A DNA stretch of 64,000 bases from Antedon mediterranea. Taxonomy: Eukaryota > Animalia > Echinodermata. Both the position numbers and the translations under genes were made by a program. The notes under the pieces were generated by a model that searched no databases, was not told the origin of the DNA, and saw only the letters and a program-made list of their open reading frames with translations. Location: contig NC_092672.1 in NCBI RefSeq assembly GCF_964355755.1, forward strand, positions 310,001 through 374,000, written 5' to 3'. Below, one piece after another: positions 13,911 through 28,100 of the stretch (within the stretch, counting starts at the first letter, position 1; every line of letters starts with the position of its first letter).

Positions 13911-13962
13911 GTCTATTTTATATCCTAGCTTACCTGGATAAACCAATAATAACATATTCTCT
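13911..13962 (-). mobile_element. Repeat family R1, copy 2 (degenerate)
   Basis: GTCTATTTTATATCCTAGCTTACCTGGATAAACCAATAATAAC; its right part seeds the 28-bp tandem array. Confidence 0.55.
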
Positions 13963-14915
13963 TAAATAAACCAATAATAACATATTCTCTTAAATAAACC
14001 AATAATAACATATTCTCTTAACCCTTTCACTGCGTATACCCAGTACTACCGGGTATAAACAAACGTCGTTGAAGTGCGTATACCCAGTAAAACCGGGTAT
14101 GGGCAAAACAATGATTTAATCGTATTTGCCTATAATATTTAGCACCCTCTATATTTGTTCGATGAACTTGAATATTTTTGCAAGTCATTAAAAAAATTTT
14201 CCAGCAAAAAAAACGGCCCTCTATAGCAGTATTATTGTCTTGAAAATCATGCGCCCTCTATAGTTATATTATATATAGTATAGTGTATATAATAGTATTC
14301 TATCTTGGAAAGTTGTTTTGAGTAGCGCAATGGTGGCCATTTTGAAAGTAACCAAAATTTACCAGCCCCAATAGGGCAACATTCTGTTTATCACAACACG
14401 CAAAAAAAAAAAATTCTGAAACAATAGTTAGTTTTGTACTCTAGTGAATTTTTGGAAAATGTCATTATTTTCACGATTTTGCCCCAAAACTTTGATTTGT
14501 GCATAATTTTTATAAAATAATAAAAATAATTCAATTTTTTTTTATATTTTTATTTGTTGTACGTATCTTTATCAATATCCAGTTGGAAAAACGTATTCCA
14601 TAAGAATTTCTTATAGAAAATATAGTTTTTATCATTGATTCGATAAAAAACACGAAATCCAAAATACCTGTAATGACGTCACATGACGTCATCAATATGC
14701 AAATTACATTTTTTTTTATACCTAACTGTAGACTAACCCTTTGCCCATCACACACCACAAAAATAATTACACAATTATCTCAATTAGTATTTTTTCGCAA
14801 TTTATTAAAATACCATATGTTTTTCTTAAATATACATTACGCACAGAGGTGGGAATAATGCTCCGCAGTGAAAGGGTTAAATAAACCAATAATAACATAT
14901 ATTCTCTTAAATAAA
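13938..14915. repeat. 28-bp tandem repeat (ATAAACCAATAATAACATATTCTCTTAA) x~4, split by a piggyBac-like insertion
   Basis: Three units at 13938-14021; a fourth resumes at 14881. Confidence 0.88.
14022..14876. mobile_element. piggyBac-like non-autonomous element (855 bp)
   Basis: TTAA on both sides (14018-14021, 14877-14880); perfect 13-bp TIR CCCTTTCACTGCG / CGCAGTGAAAGGG; subterminal duplicated palindrome TATACCCAGTA...CCGGGTAT; no transposase ORF. Confidence 0.9.
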
Positions 14916-15916
14916 CAAATTATGACTTAAAACCAATTTATTGATATACAGTATTTATATCTTACCGCACCCTCAAGTGGACCAAAACTACATGGTCTGC
15001 TTTATTTACCATGTTATTTCAATAATTTTTTTATTACCAAATTGCACTAGATTTTTTTTAACTGTAGAAAGAAATATAAACTTATCAATCATCTACTTTC
15101 TTTATTAAAAAATCTTGTTATATTTATGTTAAAAATTCTCTTCAATGCTGACTTTAACATTGTAATTGTCTTTCATTTGTTTATCAAAATTAAGATTTTG
15201 TTTATGTAATTTACTGTCATTTTGACCAAGCATATTTCACTATGAAATCATCTTCAGTTTGAGTTATGCAGAATATATGAATTGGATTTGCCTTAAAGCT
15301 AATTTCATTGTTGCCATGGTTATTGTGAATGGCCAACTTGTTAGTAACTGCAATATGCTATCGATTTAACTGTATATAAATCCTATTCAAAAGATGCAAT
15401 ATATTGTTTCCTTTTTTAAAGGGGTGTTCTCACAAATGTACCACATTTATTTCATCCATTGTTTATTATTTAATTATCATATAATGTTTGCATCTGATTA
15501 TCAAATGATAGAAGGCACTGTGTCGTTATGATAAATTAAAGTACACACATTATTGCATAGTGCATAGAGTATTGGATTAAGTATTGAATTGAGTATTCGT
15601 ATTGACTCTGTCAGCTGGGGAGCCTTGAGGGGATCTCTTTGCCCCCAAAGAATATTGAGTCATGGATCGGTGAGTGGTTTTTTTTTTTTGCATGCAAGAT
15701 CACATTGACGTTTCTTGATGAAATGTCAATGTCGCATGTGGTAATTATCTCAGGTGGTAGAAACCTGATATGTTTGCTATAGATTGGAGATAGTTTGTGC
15801 AAAGTATAACTATATTTTGATTGACATTTTAACTAATTGTAGAAATCCTGTGTTGATACACAAATAATGTCATGCAACTCAAACTCTGATGGAGTGAACT
15901 TATGGGGTTCTTGTCA

Positions 15917-16980
15917 ATACTAAGACCCAATCACTGGTCTGGTAACTGATATACTAAGACCCAATCACTGGTCTGGTAACTGATATACTAAGACCCAATC
16001 ACTGGTCTGGTAACTGATATACTAAAGGCCTTTTCACACAGAACTTCGGCAATATTGCGGTAAGCAAGCCGGCGTTATTGCCGGTCTAAACCCATTCACA
16101 CAGAAGGTAATATTACGGTAATTTTACCGTCTTCTGTGTGAAAGGCCACAGTGGAAAGGCGCAATATTTAAAGATTACTGTCTTCATAAAATAGAGGTCG
16201 CACTTTTTGAGGAGAAAAAAAATGGCGGGCACCTGCCGCCGGCGACAACATGCCATGCGCGTACTTGTTTGCTGATGTTGTTTTGTGTGTCCGTCGTTTA
16301 GTTTTTTTATTTACGATGCATAAAATCTATATTTTTACCCAACGCCACTCCGTGCTATTATAACTGCCCGATCGTGATGGCCATTCTACAGAAACAAAAT
16401 CTATTAGGCCTACACGCGAATTTAATTATCAGAAGCTGTTATGAGCTAGCACCGGGAGCGCGCACCGGAGGATGTTCCTGCTAGAACTATGCTAACTAGG
16501 GCCTAGGCTTACGTACGCTACAGCAAGTTAAATAATCTTTGGACCAACATCTGTTATATTTTTATTATTATTGGCCGTATTCTTCCATTGTATTATTTAC
16601 AAACTAACCTAAAAATATATATATATATAATGGATATAATCTAATAATTTGGCCTAAAGTAATTGCCACAGTTTTTCTCAATCAAGGAAAATGTCCCGAA
16701 TTTATCCTTGCTTCACTGCGTAAGCAGGCGTTATATCGTGGACTCTTTCACACAGATCAGGCTTACGACCGTGACGGTAATATTACCGCAATTTTACTAC
16801 AGTAGGTCCAGAGGCGGTCTAACGGAAGCCGGCATTAAGGGGTTTTTACCCTTTCACACATAAGCCGGCATTCGCGAATTACCGCAATATTACCGTCTTA
16901 CAGCTCTGTGTGAAAGGGGCTTAAGACCCAATCACTGGTCTGGTAACTGATATACTAAGACCCAATCACTGGTCTGGTAA
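15917..16980. repeat. 34-bp tandem repeat (ATACTAAGACCCAATCACTGGTCTGGTAACTGAT) x~5, split by a Harbinger-like insertion
   Basis: Units start at 15917, 15951, 15985 and 16019 (interrupted); the array resumes at 16922. Confidence 0.9.
16026..16921. mobile_element. PIF/Harbinger-like non-autonomous element (896 bp)
   Basis: TAA target duplication confirmed by neighbouring uninterrupted repeat units; TIR AGGCCTTTTCACACAGA / TCTGTGTGAAAGGGGCT (15/17); subterminal TTCACACA and GGTAATATT repeats at both ends. Confidence 0.9.
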
Positions 16981-19900
16981 ACTGGTATTCAAATAAGTTA
17001 CAGTCTAGACTTATGGCCTCTTATATTTCTCATTAACCAAATTTATGTAATGATTTTATTATTTCTCTTTGGTAATAATAAGATTCAAATTAATTAAATA
17101 AAATGCATAAAATAAAAATAGAATAATTGTAGAATAAACCATGATCAATACCAATAGCTAAAAATAGAAAAATGTTGAAAGTGTGATTTATATATATACT
17201 GTAGGTGGTCTGTTAGTAAAACAATAACATTTTAATATTTAAAAAAAAAAATGTGCTTTAAATGCATTTTAATTGAGTTAATAATAAAGCAATATCAACC
17301 CTTCTTTTTAGGTCAATAAACCATAAATAAAAGAAAGTACAAGTATAGCTTTTGTTTACCAGGCCAGCATATAAGCAAGGTCCTCAAGGCTGACGTGTTA
17401 AATAAATCCAATATTGTATCAATGTACTTTACTCAAACCCACATCAAGTATTGCCTAGCAGGCATTATAACACTAGTATAGAAATCCTGAGCCATTTACC
17501 AAATTTCACATAAAACTAATCAATTCTAGGATGTAACCAGAGATCACACATCTGTTATTTTTAAGAATTACCCATTTTTGCAGAAACTGTATAACAGTGT
17601 GTCCTTGTAAAATGGAAGTGTTTACTACAGTATAACCAAATTATATTTTTGGACAATACTGTTATTTTTCTTCAGTTGGACTGCTAAACTTTCAGCTACA
17701 GTTGTTGATATAGGTAATCATAGGCAGCTGTTCAGTTTTAATCGTAATACTAAATATTTATTCATAGATAACAAATAAATTTGGCTGTACATTACAATTA
17801 ATTTTACAGTTGTATCAATAAAGTCTCATTCAGTAAGTTGTTTGAGGAAAGTGCATTCATATTTAGGTTTTCAAAATATTTCTGATAAGTGATGTTTGAT
17901 ACAATTACCTAATATATGACAGGATTAGATAATCATCATGGACATAACAAAGCTGTTTCACTCATATTCAGTAAAAATGTTTGAAATTAATAAATATTAA
18001 GCAAATCCAAACATTTTTGTTAATTAACAGTAATTGTATTTAAATTACATATTTGATGTATCTCAATAACATTAATTCACAACTAACAGGTCTTGTCTTA
18101 CTATGACATTACAAGAAGCTTTAAGATAATAATAATGCACATAAAAACTGCACACTAAAAACATGCGTTTGATTTGTCCTGGTTAATGTTTGTGTGTGTT
18201 TTGCCTCAAACCACATACAACAAAAGATTCTAAAACTACTAATGAATTAAAGTATAACACAGTTTCAGTATACTGTAAAGAAAATCAAAATAGATTGAAA
18301 TTATAGTGAAATTGGTTGTGTAGCTGCAAGCCTATACCCATATTGCCGTCTCAATGCGTTTTGTAAACTACTACTTTAATAGATGATGATGATCGTTAAT
18401 TACTTGATTACTTGTGTAAAGTAACAACATGTATTAAGGTTCAGTGTAACCTAATAATGTTGATATCTAACACAACAGGCAGTGTGTACACCAGCATTAT
18501 ATAAAGTTTATAGATCTTATGACACTAACAAATAAAAGTTACTACTGTATAACAAAAGATAGTTTACGAAAAGAGTTTTATTATCTAGGTCATCTGATAT
18601 CAGATGTACGTATCTGTTGCAGAAGATGATTCTACAGTAGTCGTGAATCTGAAACTTGAGAAAATTCTACGATATTCAATCGTCAGTGGTCTGATTTTTT
18701 ATAATGTGAAGAATGAAAAGTCAAGACATAATGAGTTGGAAATAAAAAGATATTTTGTCGATACTTAATGACGTAGATAGGAGATCATTACCTCTATATT
18801 GTACGATTGATGTTGTATGGGTGAAAGGGCTACTTCGCAGGTGCAAGTTTAATTAAGAGCAGTCATGCCTAGGTGTTTGAAATCTCTGATACATTTCATT
18901 TTTAGAAAAACAAATCCAGTTTATAGTATTGTTGATGTAGTATTTGTTCTTCCAAGCTATCAGAAGATTTGCTTTTGCTTTTTATGTGTGCATTCAAACT
19001 GAATGCATTTACGGTCTTAACTTTCATTAGGGAAGTTCACGCCATCTTGTTTTAACTTTCTAATCAATGTACATTTGAAAGATTTGTTTTTATAATCCCT
19101 GTTTACTGCAAAAAAATGATGATATTGATAATTTATTTTTTTGTGTTTTCAAAATTACTTTATTTTTAATCAATTCAAATTTAAATTCACAAACCTAAAA
19201 GACAAATCCCTTTAGGAACATTTTTTGACTTAATATGTCATGTTTAATTAGAAAAACGAATTATTGATTAACCTCTTTGTGGCACATTCTCAATATAATT
19301 CCAATTCAAAATTCTAACATTTTAGGAGATTTGCTTTGACATTACATATTAAAAATGCTTTAATAGTGTCATTGAAGATGACTCTGCTATGTAAACTGAT
19401 AGCCTAAAATACTATAGAGGCATGTGATATATGGAAATGTAATTCATTGGATACTCTGTTCAAATTCCAAAGCATATGGTCTTTGCTGACAATAGTGACA
19501 TGGGACGTTAACAAAAATAACCAACTTAATTAAAGTAATCTAGGAAATTAATGATTCCATTAACTTATTTCTATTTTTTTTTTTACATTTTATTTCATTT
19601 TATTATTTAAAAAATCCATGATTCATTAGAATGTGGAAAGGAAAAGGAACATTTAATTTTAAAACAAGTATTGTAACTTTTTCACTGACAGGCTAGCTTT
19701 TTTGTCGCCACATGTGGATAATGTTTAAGTTTAAATTGTTTCCTCCCCTTATGTTAAATATACTTGTAAGGTGCCAATTGCCTCCTTCCTGTTCTATTAA
19801 AACCAACCTAGTTTTTTTAACTTTTTCATTTCTTTTTTGAATGATTTTAGTTCTCCACAATGGCAATGAATATGACTAGTACAGTTCTATAATGACTAGA

Positions 19901-21813
19901 ATTATTAAAGAAATTATTGATATTTATAATACAAAAAAGGTTTAACTTTGTTCTTGAAGCATTTATTTAGTAAATTTGGTATAAATTTCATTATGCAGTA
20001 TATGAAAAATTTACAAAAAAAATTGAGAAAAGATTAGATGTAAGCATATATTTTATTATTAAAATGAAACTAAAGTTACTAACCTAGACATCAAAGGAAT
20101 AAAATGGTCATTAATATATTCTATAAATCTGTTTAATAGCATTATTTTATTAGAACATTACTTTTGCCACCATATTGCTAATATCAAAGGGCATTATCCT
20201 TATGCTAACCACATTTTATTAGGGTACATACATAGTTTTAAATATTTATTAATACAACTATTTCAAGTTTTTTTTGTCCAATTAGAACTTTTTTTTGTTA
20301 AATTTAGATAAAAACATTCAAACATAATTTATTTTCACAAAATAAATTGTGTTATTTAGTATATTTCAGTTCCTTGTTTTATTAAAACCAGCTAAAATTA
20401 TTAAACTAAATATTGTCATTTAAAAAAATATGAATACATTGATTTTTAAAAAGTAAAAGCATTTTGAAAACATTTTATAAATATTAATTTCGACAAATAT
20501 ATGTTACATTCATGTAACTCTTGATCTAAATGACATTGATTTATTAAGGGCAAGAAGAACATTGAAATGTTGCAATTAATGTTGTTTTATCTCCATCATG
20601 TTGATCAAGTAACATAAAAAGTCATCGACGAACTTTAAGAACATGACTTCTGTCAATAACTCAGACATCATCGATTTAAATTTAAGCCTCAAATGTAGAA
20701 TTCCTTCTCCTTCAGAACAGTATTAGATTTGTATCGTCCCGTGAGGACAACGGAATGTCCGCTTCATTGAATCATTTCGATTCTCACAGCTATTCTTCTA
20801 TTGAACTGTCTCGCATGTTCGTATCTTGATCGCACAATGTCGTCAAAACTCCAAGATTTTGTCAAGTTTAATTATTGATGCAATGATGATGAATTTGAAT
20901 ATGCGGAAACAAAATATGTCCAATATGCATTTGTAAATAAGAATGTTAACTTAAACATATCTAAATGTAAATTCCAGCAAAATATTAGATTTTTTTAATT
21001 ATATTTAAATACGGTAGTTAAATAAATTTAACAAAACTTATTATTCAATAAAGATGTTGTTAAGAATAATTGTTTGTAATCTTTGATTATCATTGTAAAG
21101 TCCATGATGTTGTTAGCGCAATCCCTAAGTACTTTGTGTACTTTCTAGCAGAACTCGTCATGTAGCTACCACCTTATTGATCTTTACCCTCAATGTGCAG
21201 CACTGATGAATCATTGGTATAAGAACCAAATTAAGTGGCGTGCTCAAATCAATATCACTAACTCAATTGTCATGTTGTATTATTTTTATGCAGTATTTAG
21301 CGGTTAACCAAACTTAGCTATTATTATTATCTTTTGTCTAATTATTGGAATCGCCTGAGGGGATGAGTGGATGCCAGACTTCAAAAGATTACAAGAAAAG
21401 GTGATGATATGCATCATCGTTAAAATGGCTAACATTTCACAATGTAAAGATTCTTGCATATTAAGTGCGACTAATTCTCTTTGCACTTTGCCCAAGAGTC
21501 ACCAGGGATTTGATCTGGTACGTTGGATGTTTAAAAAAAATACACAACTTGCTAATATTCTGTTGCCTGGTTGTTTGTTTTATCACAGTACATTTGGATG
21601 CTTGTGAGTTTATTGTACTTTAAGACTAATTAAACTACAATTATATAAAAAAACACCAGATCTTTACCCTCTGAAATATAAAACCTTTGTGGCAATAAAA
21701 ATCCACAATGATCATCATCCTCCTCTCTTTTATATCACATTTTTTTTTTATTTTGTAGCCCTGACAAAGGAATATATAGTAAATAATAGAGTTTTTAAAA
21801 AGTTTACTGGTAG

Positions 21814-21890
21814 CAGTTCTATATCGTGCCTAGCTTACCTGGATAAACCAACATTAACCTCTCTCTCCGACAAGAGGTAAACATTACGAA
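21814..21890 (-). mobile_element. Repeat family R1, copy 3
   Basis: CAGTTCTATATCGTGCCTAGCTTACCTGGATAAACCAACATTAACCTCTCTCTCCGACAAGAGG. Confidence 0.65.
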
Positions 21891-22755
21891 AAGAAGAACA
21901 TTATATAACATTAATTCAATACAAATATGACTCTAAATTCCTGTAGGCCTAATCTTACATATATAACTACAGTAATATTAGCATTAAAAAAAGCTATAAT
22001 AATAATAATATGAATAAGATGAATCTTTTTACCATTATTTTAATACTAAATATAATTGAATGACTGCTATATACAATATATCTATAAACATGTAGTTCAT
22101 TGAACTTCTTGCAATTTGGATGCATATTCCATCTTTACTTTACTCTGATAATTAATTGAATAAGTAGCTGACAGCACTGGTGTGACACTCTCTGTTAAAT
22201 CTGTTTATTATCATATCATTACATACACAATCAAAGCTTATGTTTCGTATGATCTCGTTCATTATGGCAAAACATTGCACACTTGCTGTGTAGACAGACA
22301 ATACAAATTGTGTGAAAAAGAAATAAATGTTTTTACCTGATGTTCATGAACACAACACATACTGTGTGTGAATTGGCTCTGTGAAAGCATGTGTAGCACC
22401 CATGACATGTTCTTTTTACTGTCTTGGTGTACATACAATGTCAACTTCACCAATGTGTAATGCTTATTACCAACTTCTCTGTATAGTTGAAACATGGAAG
22501 TATAAAATTAATGTTATATCTCCATGGTTGAAATTTGTGTAGGAAAAGTCATCCACATCCTGCATACACTACAAAATATCATACAGAAACTACCACTTGT
22601 AGGCTATGGTATGTTGAATTGTATGCTTTGAGCCTGTGTAGTGAAATAGAAAGACTTAAATCCCAGTAGGCCTACTACAGATATTTATAGGCTATCCATT
22701 TGGATTAGAACAACATGTAGGACATACATATCATAACTCATTTATTGAATAATAT

Positions 22756-23066
22756 ACAAATAATGAATGTTTATGAGTGCAATGGTACAAATAATGGCAC
22801 GAGGTGAATGATGAAAGGTTATATCAACGAGGCAAAGCCGAGTTGATATAACCTTTCATCATTCACCAAGTGCCATTATTTGTACCATTACACGAATACA
22901 AAACATTCATTATTTGTTTTATATAACATCTAGACGTTTTTTTTTCGTACACAAAAATGTTTCAAAAAGTACTATTTAACGATCGTTGAATAGTGCGTAC
23001 TATTGCACGCCATGTGACCCACATTCGTCCAATCAAATGACAGGAATTTATATAGGTGTTATATAA
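22756..23066. mobile_element. Long-hairpin non-autonomous element, Crypton-like
   Basis: Inverted repeat with ~70-bp arms at 22756-22917 around the loop motif CGAGGCAAAGCCGAG; second inverted pair TTATATAACA(T/C)CT at ~22919 and ~23054. The Crypton assignment is from recalled resemblance only. Confidence 0.6.
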
Positions 23067-25146
23067 CATAAGATGCAATCTCTATATCCTGAGGAATCAA
23101 TATATACAAAATGGAAATATAGATAAGGTAATGTACAGAATTTGTTTTTTTCTACTGAAATTTATTTAAAAATATAATGTATATATTTATATTGTACAGT
23201 AACATCATAACAGCCCAACATAAATGATTTTAAAAATTCAAAACTTAAACAGACAATCAATCAGAGCATACATTCACTTGAAAAATCTTCCAAATTTATA
23301 TTCAAATTGCAATTTGTTATATTGGATTCTATATTTCATCTTCTTCTTTGAATATTTATGTAAAAACTAACTAGGTTTTGCTTTTTATTGGAAATATAAA
23401 AAAAATTACTGTAAAAAAAATAATTTATGGCATTAAAGGTAGAGCAACCAAACGAACCAATTTTTGTATTTTTTTTCCATTAATTATAAATAGGCCTACA
23501 GTAAAATTTTATACCAGTATTTTTGACTCATATTATTTGTTTCATAATTTGTAAATAGTTAAATGTTTTAGTCATTTCCAACAGATGCTAATGGTCAGTT
23601 TACTTAATGTTGCCCATTAAACACTTGTTTCCACTATATTCACGGAACAGAACCGCAAAACTAAACTTAACATCCATCTAAGATTATTGTAAATTATGTT
23701 GCATCTACAGTGAGAATGTAGGTTGAACGTCAGAGTATACCCATTGTACTGTAAACTGTGTTGCCTCTTGGTACTAAACATCTTGTGATCAGTGTATCAT
23801 GTGGATATCAGTGCTGTGTAACAATATTGTATTGGTTAAAATAACCACCATACAGCAGCAGAATACAAAATATAATGTTTCATTGCTCGCACCATTAAGC
23901 CAGTTGTGACAAATATTTATAATCACGTTTTTCAAGTAAAACAGCTTTTTACGCAATCGGAGTAAGCAATAAACAAGTGTTTGATCTTCCGCTCTTATTT
24001 GATGACAATATAAGTTTTAACCATCCGACCACCGCCGCTGTTTATTGCTTCAATCTCTCTGCTCTGACTATTATTATTTACTAGCTGCTGTTGCCGCTCT
24101 TATTGCGAAAGCTACCTCGCACTAGTTTTCTAGTAATTTTAATCTGCTACAAAAGTATAAACCTAGATACTTATCACAAATTAAAAAGAGGTTAAAGATT
24201 TGCTGACATGTAGGTTACCAAGTAATTTGTATTGTAAATCAGTAAATTTAATTACATTCTTTTTCTAGATTACAGAAAGTACTGTAGTACTAGTAGTACT
24301 ACGTTATAAGTTCACTATATTAAAAATTATTTATATTTTATTGACATAATAAATATACTTTGAACATCTGTTACTATAATATTTATTTCATAAAACTAAT
24401 ATTACATTTGATTATTTATGTAGTATTCAGGAGATAAGTACATAAAGTTAAAATGTATTTATTAAAAAATAAAATTAGCTCAATTAATGTACTTACTATT
24501 TCAATACAGCCATTGTGTGTATACTACTAAAAGAAACTAAAATATAAATTGCAATTTTGAATCATTTGTGTATTTACTACGGCTAGATGAAAATTATCAC
24601 AGTGAATCATGAATGTTATTGATTTTGTGATCTTTTCACTTATTGTGTGAATTTCTCTTTCTAATTATTGTCATTAAAACCCTTAAACTGTCTTACATAA
24701 ATCAAGGTTTGTAAATTATCCACTAAACAAAAAATAATAAATAATTATTGCCTATTTGCCAAGAAATCTATATGTCAGTCATAACAGATACCCTACTATA
24801 CATTTTTCTATCTGAAAAATTTAAACTGAAATGGGAAACATTCAACGGAAGGATGTTTAGACTTTAATATTTAATATTTAATTTTTAAAAATGACATAAT
24901 ATGTTTAAAGAAATTTTGCTTAAGTAATTGTATTAAGCTGTTATGTTGATTAAACAATGCAATGATACCACTGCTAATTAATAAAACTGTTAAAGATACT
25001 AATCTGATTGCCACTCAATCAGAGATAGTGTTGCTTTAGGCATTAATTATCTATGATAATAATATGTGAAGAAAGCGTTATTAGATTATATTAGCATTAT
25101 TTAAATGAATCTACAGGACGTGCCATATATAATATCAAGATAAGAT

Positions 25147-28100
25147 ATAAACATGTGTTTTAGGGTAATTTTGGGGTGCTGAATTCAAATTTGCTGTTTA
25201 CCCGGCTCAATTTTTAGATCTTCACCCTTAAAATGTGAAAAACAAAATGGCCGCCATTTCAGACTTATTTTGGCTTATAACTTGACTTTTAAGTGACGTA
25301 GCAAGTTAAAAATGGTGTCTATACCTATGTTTATGATAGTGAAGATTCCAACTATATTATTAAAGTTGAAAATATTCTATTTCAACCGCCATGTTGAAAT
25401 CCAAGATGGCCGCCATCATTTTAAGCGTATTTTGGCTTATAACTTGACTTTTAATTAACATAGCTAAGTTAAAAATGGTTTCTACCTATAGTCCAGTAAA
25501 AGTATGGTTGAACCTAGAACAAATTGCAACATAATTTGTTTTTGTTTTGTCTGGTTGATATGGTCCAAATTAACATCATATCCAAAGTTTACCAAAATCG
25601 GACATCGTGAAGTGGGTTCATTAGCATAAATTAAAAATGGCCGAACGGTTGGTTTTACTTATAGACCACCTACTGTAAGTGAATTACTATTAATTATTAT
25701 TAATCAGATGTCTTGTTAATTTTGGACTGAACAAAAGATGCATGTTTCGAATTCATTCATAATTCATATCTTTGTTTCTTTGCAAGTACAGATCGTTTCT
25801 CATTCGAAATGCCATTGAAGATGTTGCCATTTGCTCCCCTGTGTTTTCTTTAACTACAGGTTTTTCCACTATATTGCTTCTTCTGTCTTAAAATATTTTT
25901 TTAATGATGAGTAATAGTAGGCCCCTAATAGATTTAATGCTCCATCGGCATTCAAAGTTTCAATTCCATTTCCTGAAATTGTTTGCCAAGGAAGTTAAAT
26001 ACTGCTTGTTGTAGAAATTTAAATACTGTAATTAAGTACCAATTATCATTTTATTCACCATTTCAAATTATTTCAAATTCATAAAGATTATAACAAATGC
26101 TGGTGTGGATGACATAAGAACAAAGCTTGTTTACCGGTCACCGGTAGTGATGGCAAGTGAGAAAATTACCCAAACCCTTTGAATACCGTTGATATGCAGT
26201 ATCTTTAACTGATGGTTCTTCATCCTTGTTGGCACAATATAATGTCCTTTATGCTCAATGAATCTTGGAAACAGCATTATAATATAAGCCAAAAAGGTTG
26301 TTGACTTGGTCACCAAACAGGTAAAATTCTGGCAATGAAATAGCAACTTTGATTGCAGAGAGAAGAGAGCAAGCTTCTTTAAGCACTTTTCGTTTCTGTT
26401 GTATTTTAATATATGGTGTTGATTTTTTGTTGTTTTGTAATACAGTATCACGAACTTGTGTAAAAACAATCAATATTGATTGAACGAGTTGTACTGCACA
26501 TCAGTCTTGTGTCTAAATAAAGTTTATATATATATATGAAGATGCTCACTTGTTATACCAAAAACTGCAATATGACATTATTTATTTCATGTGTCATTTC
26601 AATTTTGGATGTTTCCATACACGTTTGATCCAATAGACTGGGGTAATAATGTTTCACAACATTAGGCGCTATATAAATCCACGATATTATTGTATGAAAA
26701 CTATTAATTTGATATCTAATTATTATACTATAAATTAAACTTATATTTATGTGTGTAGGCCTACATATTACCACTAATTGCAAAGCATATATAGCTTAAT
26801 GTTTATTGCGTAATAATTGTTTAATGGGCTAGGCCGGCTATGTGCAGGTGTTCACAGGTCCCCAGGGCACAGAGAACTACATGCACAACAGGCCTAGGAT
26901 ATGCGCAAAAGCAAGGCAAGTCAGAAATTTGTGCGAGGCATCGTTTTACCATCATCAAAAAATGCGAGGCATCATTTTATCATTTCCCAAAATTTAACAG
27001 AACAGTATCAGCAGTAACATATTACAGCATTTTTATTGACAAATTAACAAATATATTGAGATTAAACGTGTTTTTCACCAATAAATGCATGAGAAATTGA
27101 CGCATTCCACTTTGTTTTAGTCCTCTATTATCATTTTGGCCGTGAAGCTAGTTAATTCTATTTCCTTATTCTGAATTGAAGGCATTATATATAATACTGT
27201 AGATGAAAAAACCTCAAAACGAAACATCTACTTCCTCTGGTATCCAGTATCATTTACTACTATGGCTAATGCTATCATCTTACACTATTGATAATTTTAT
27301 AAATTACAGTACCTTTTTTTTGTTAACATTTTGTACTGTACTTTTATAAGTGTTACCCCAAATGTCACAACAATCATTAATATATGGTAATATCAATGCA
27401 TAAATAAAATAAATTATACACTACTTTTTAGCAGTTTTCTAATATTATTATTATTATTATACTGATGTCTTTATCAATTGTTGTTTGTATACATTTAACA
27501 TGTTTGTTTTTTTACCAATTTTACAATCTATTTCTATTCCGAGAAATGTTTTGATATAAATACGTTGTTGTTGTTGTATTGAATTGATTCTGTGAAGTCT
27601 TTTTGACCAACTCTTTCATTATCATTATGAACAAACAATTTGAACATTGTAGTCAACTTATACCAGCCACGATATGACTTGAATGAAAAGTATTACCTCC
27701 TTTTTTCATTAATTTTCTTATATTTTTCTAAACACTTGACAATGATCATCATTATCATCTATCTCGTTTTAAAATATTTTACACATAAAGAACAATCCCT
27801 TTGTGAGTTTTTCATTTTCATTTGTTTGTTTGCCTCGCACTTTGTTACTGCCCTGTGTGTGTGTGTGTTTAAAATAGGCGCCATCTTTGATTTCAACATT
27901 GCGGCTGTTTACAACTTTAATAACAATATATTTGGAATCCTCAGTATCACAAACATAGGTACTGTATAGACATCATTTCTAACCTACTATGTTACTTATA
28001 TGTTAAGTTATAAGCCAAAATACGTTTTAAATGGCGACCATCTTGAATTCCAACATGGCGACTGAAATAGAATATTTACAACTTTAATAACAATATATTT

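Noticed and set aside
21304-21880. Cluster of short ORFs as possible missing Eph exons
   Set aside because: None resembles an ephrin-binding, sushi or signal-peptide sequence.
27640-27969. 109-aa ORF with a membrane-protein-like appearance
   Set aside because: Low-complexity F/I/L-rich sequence overlapping transposon subterminal repeats.
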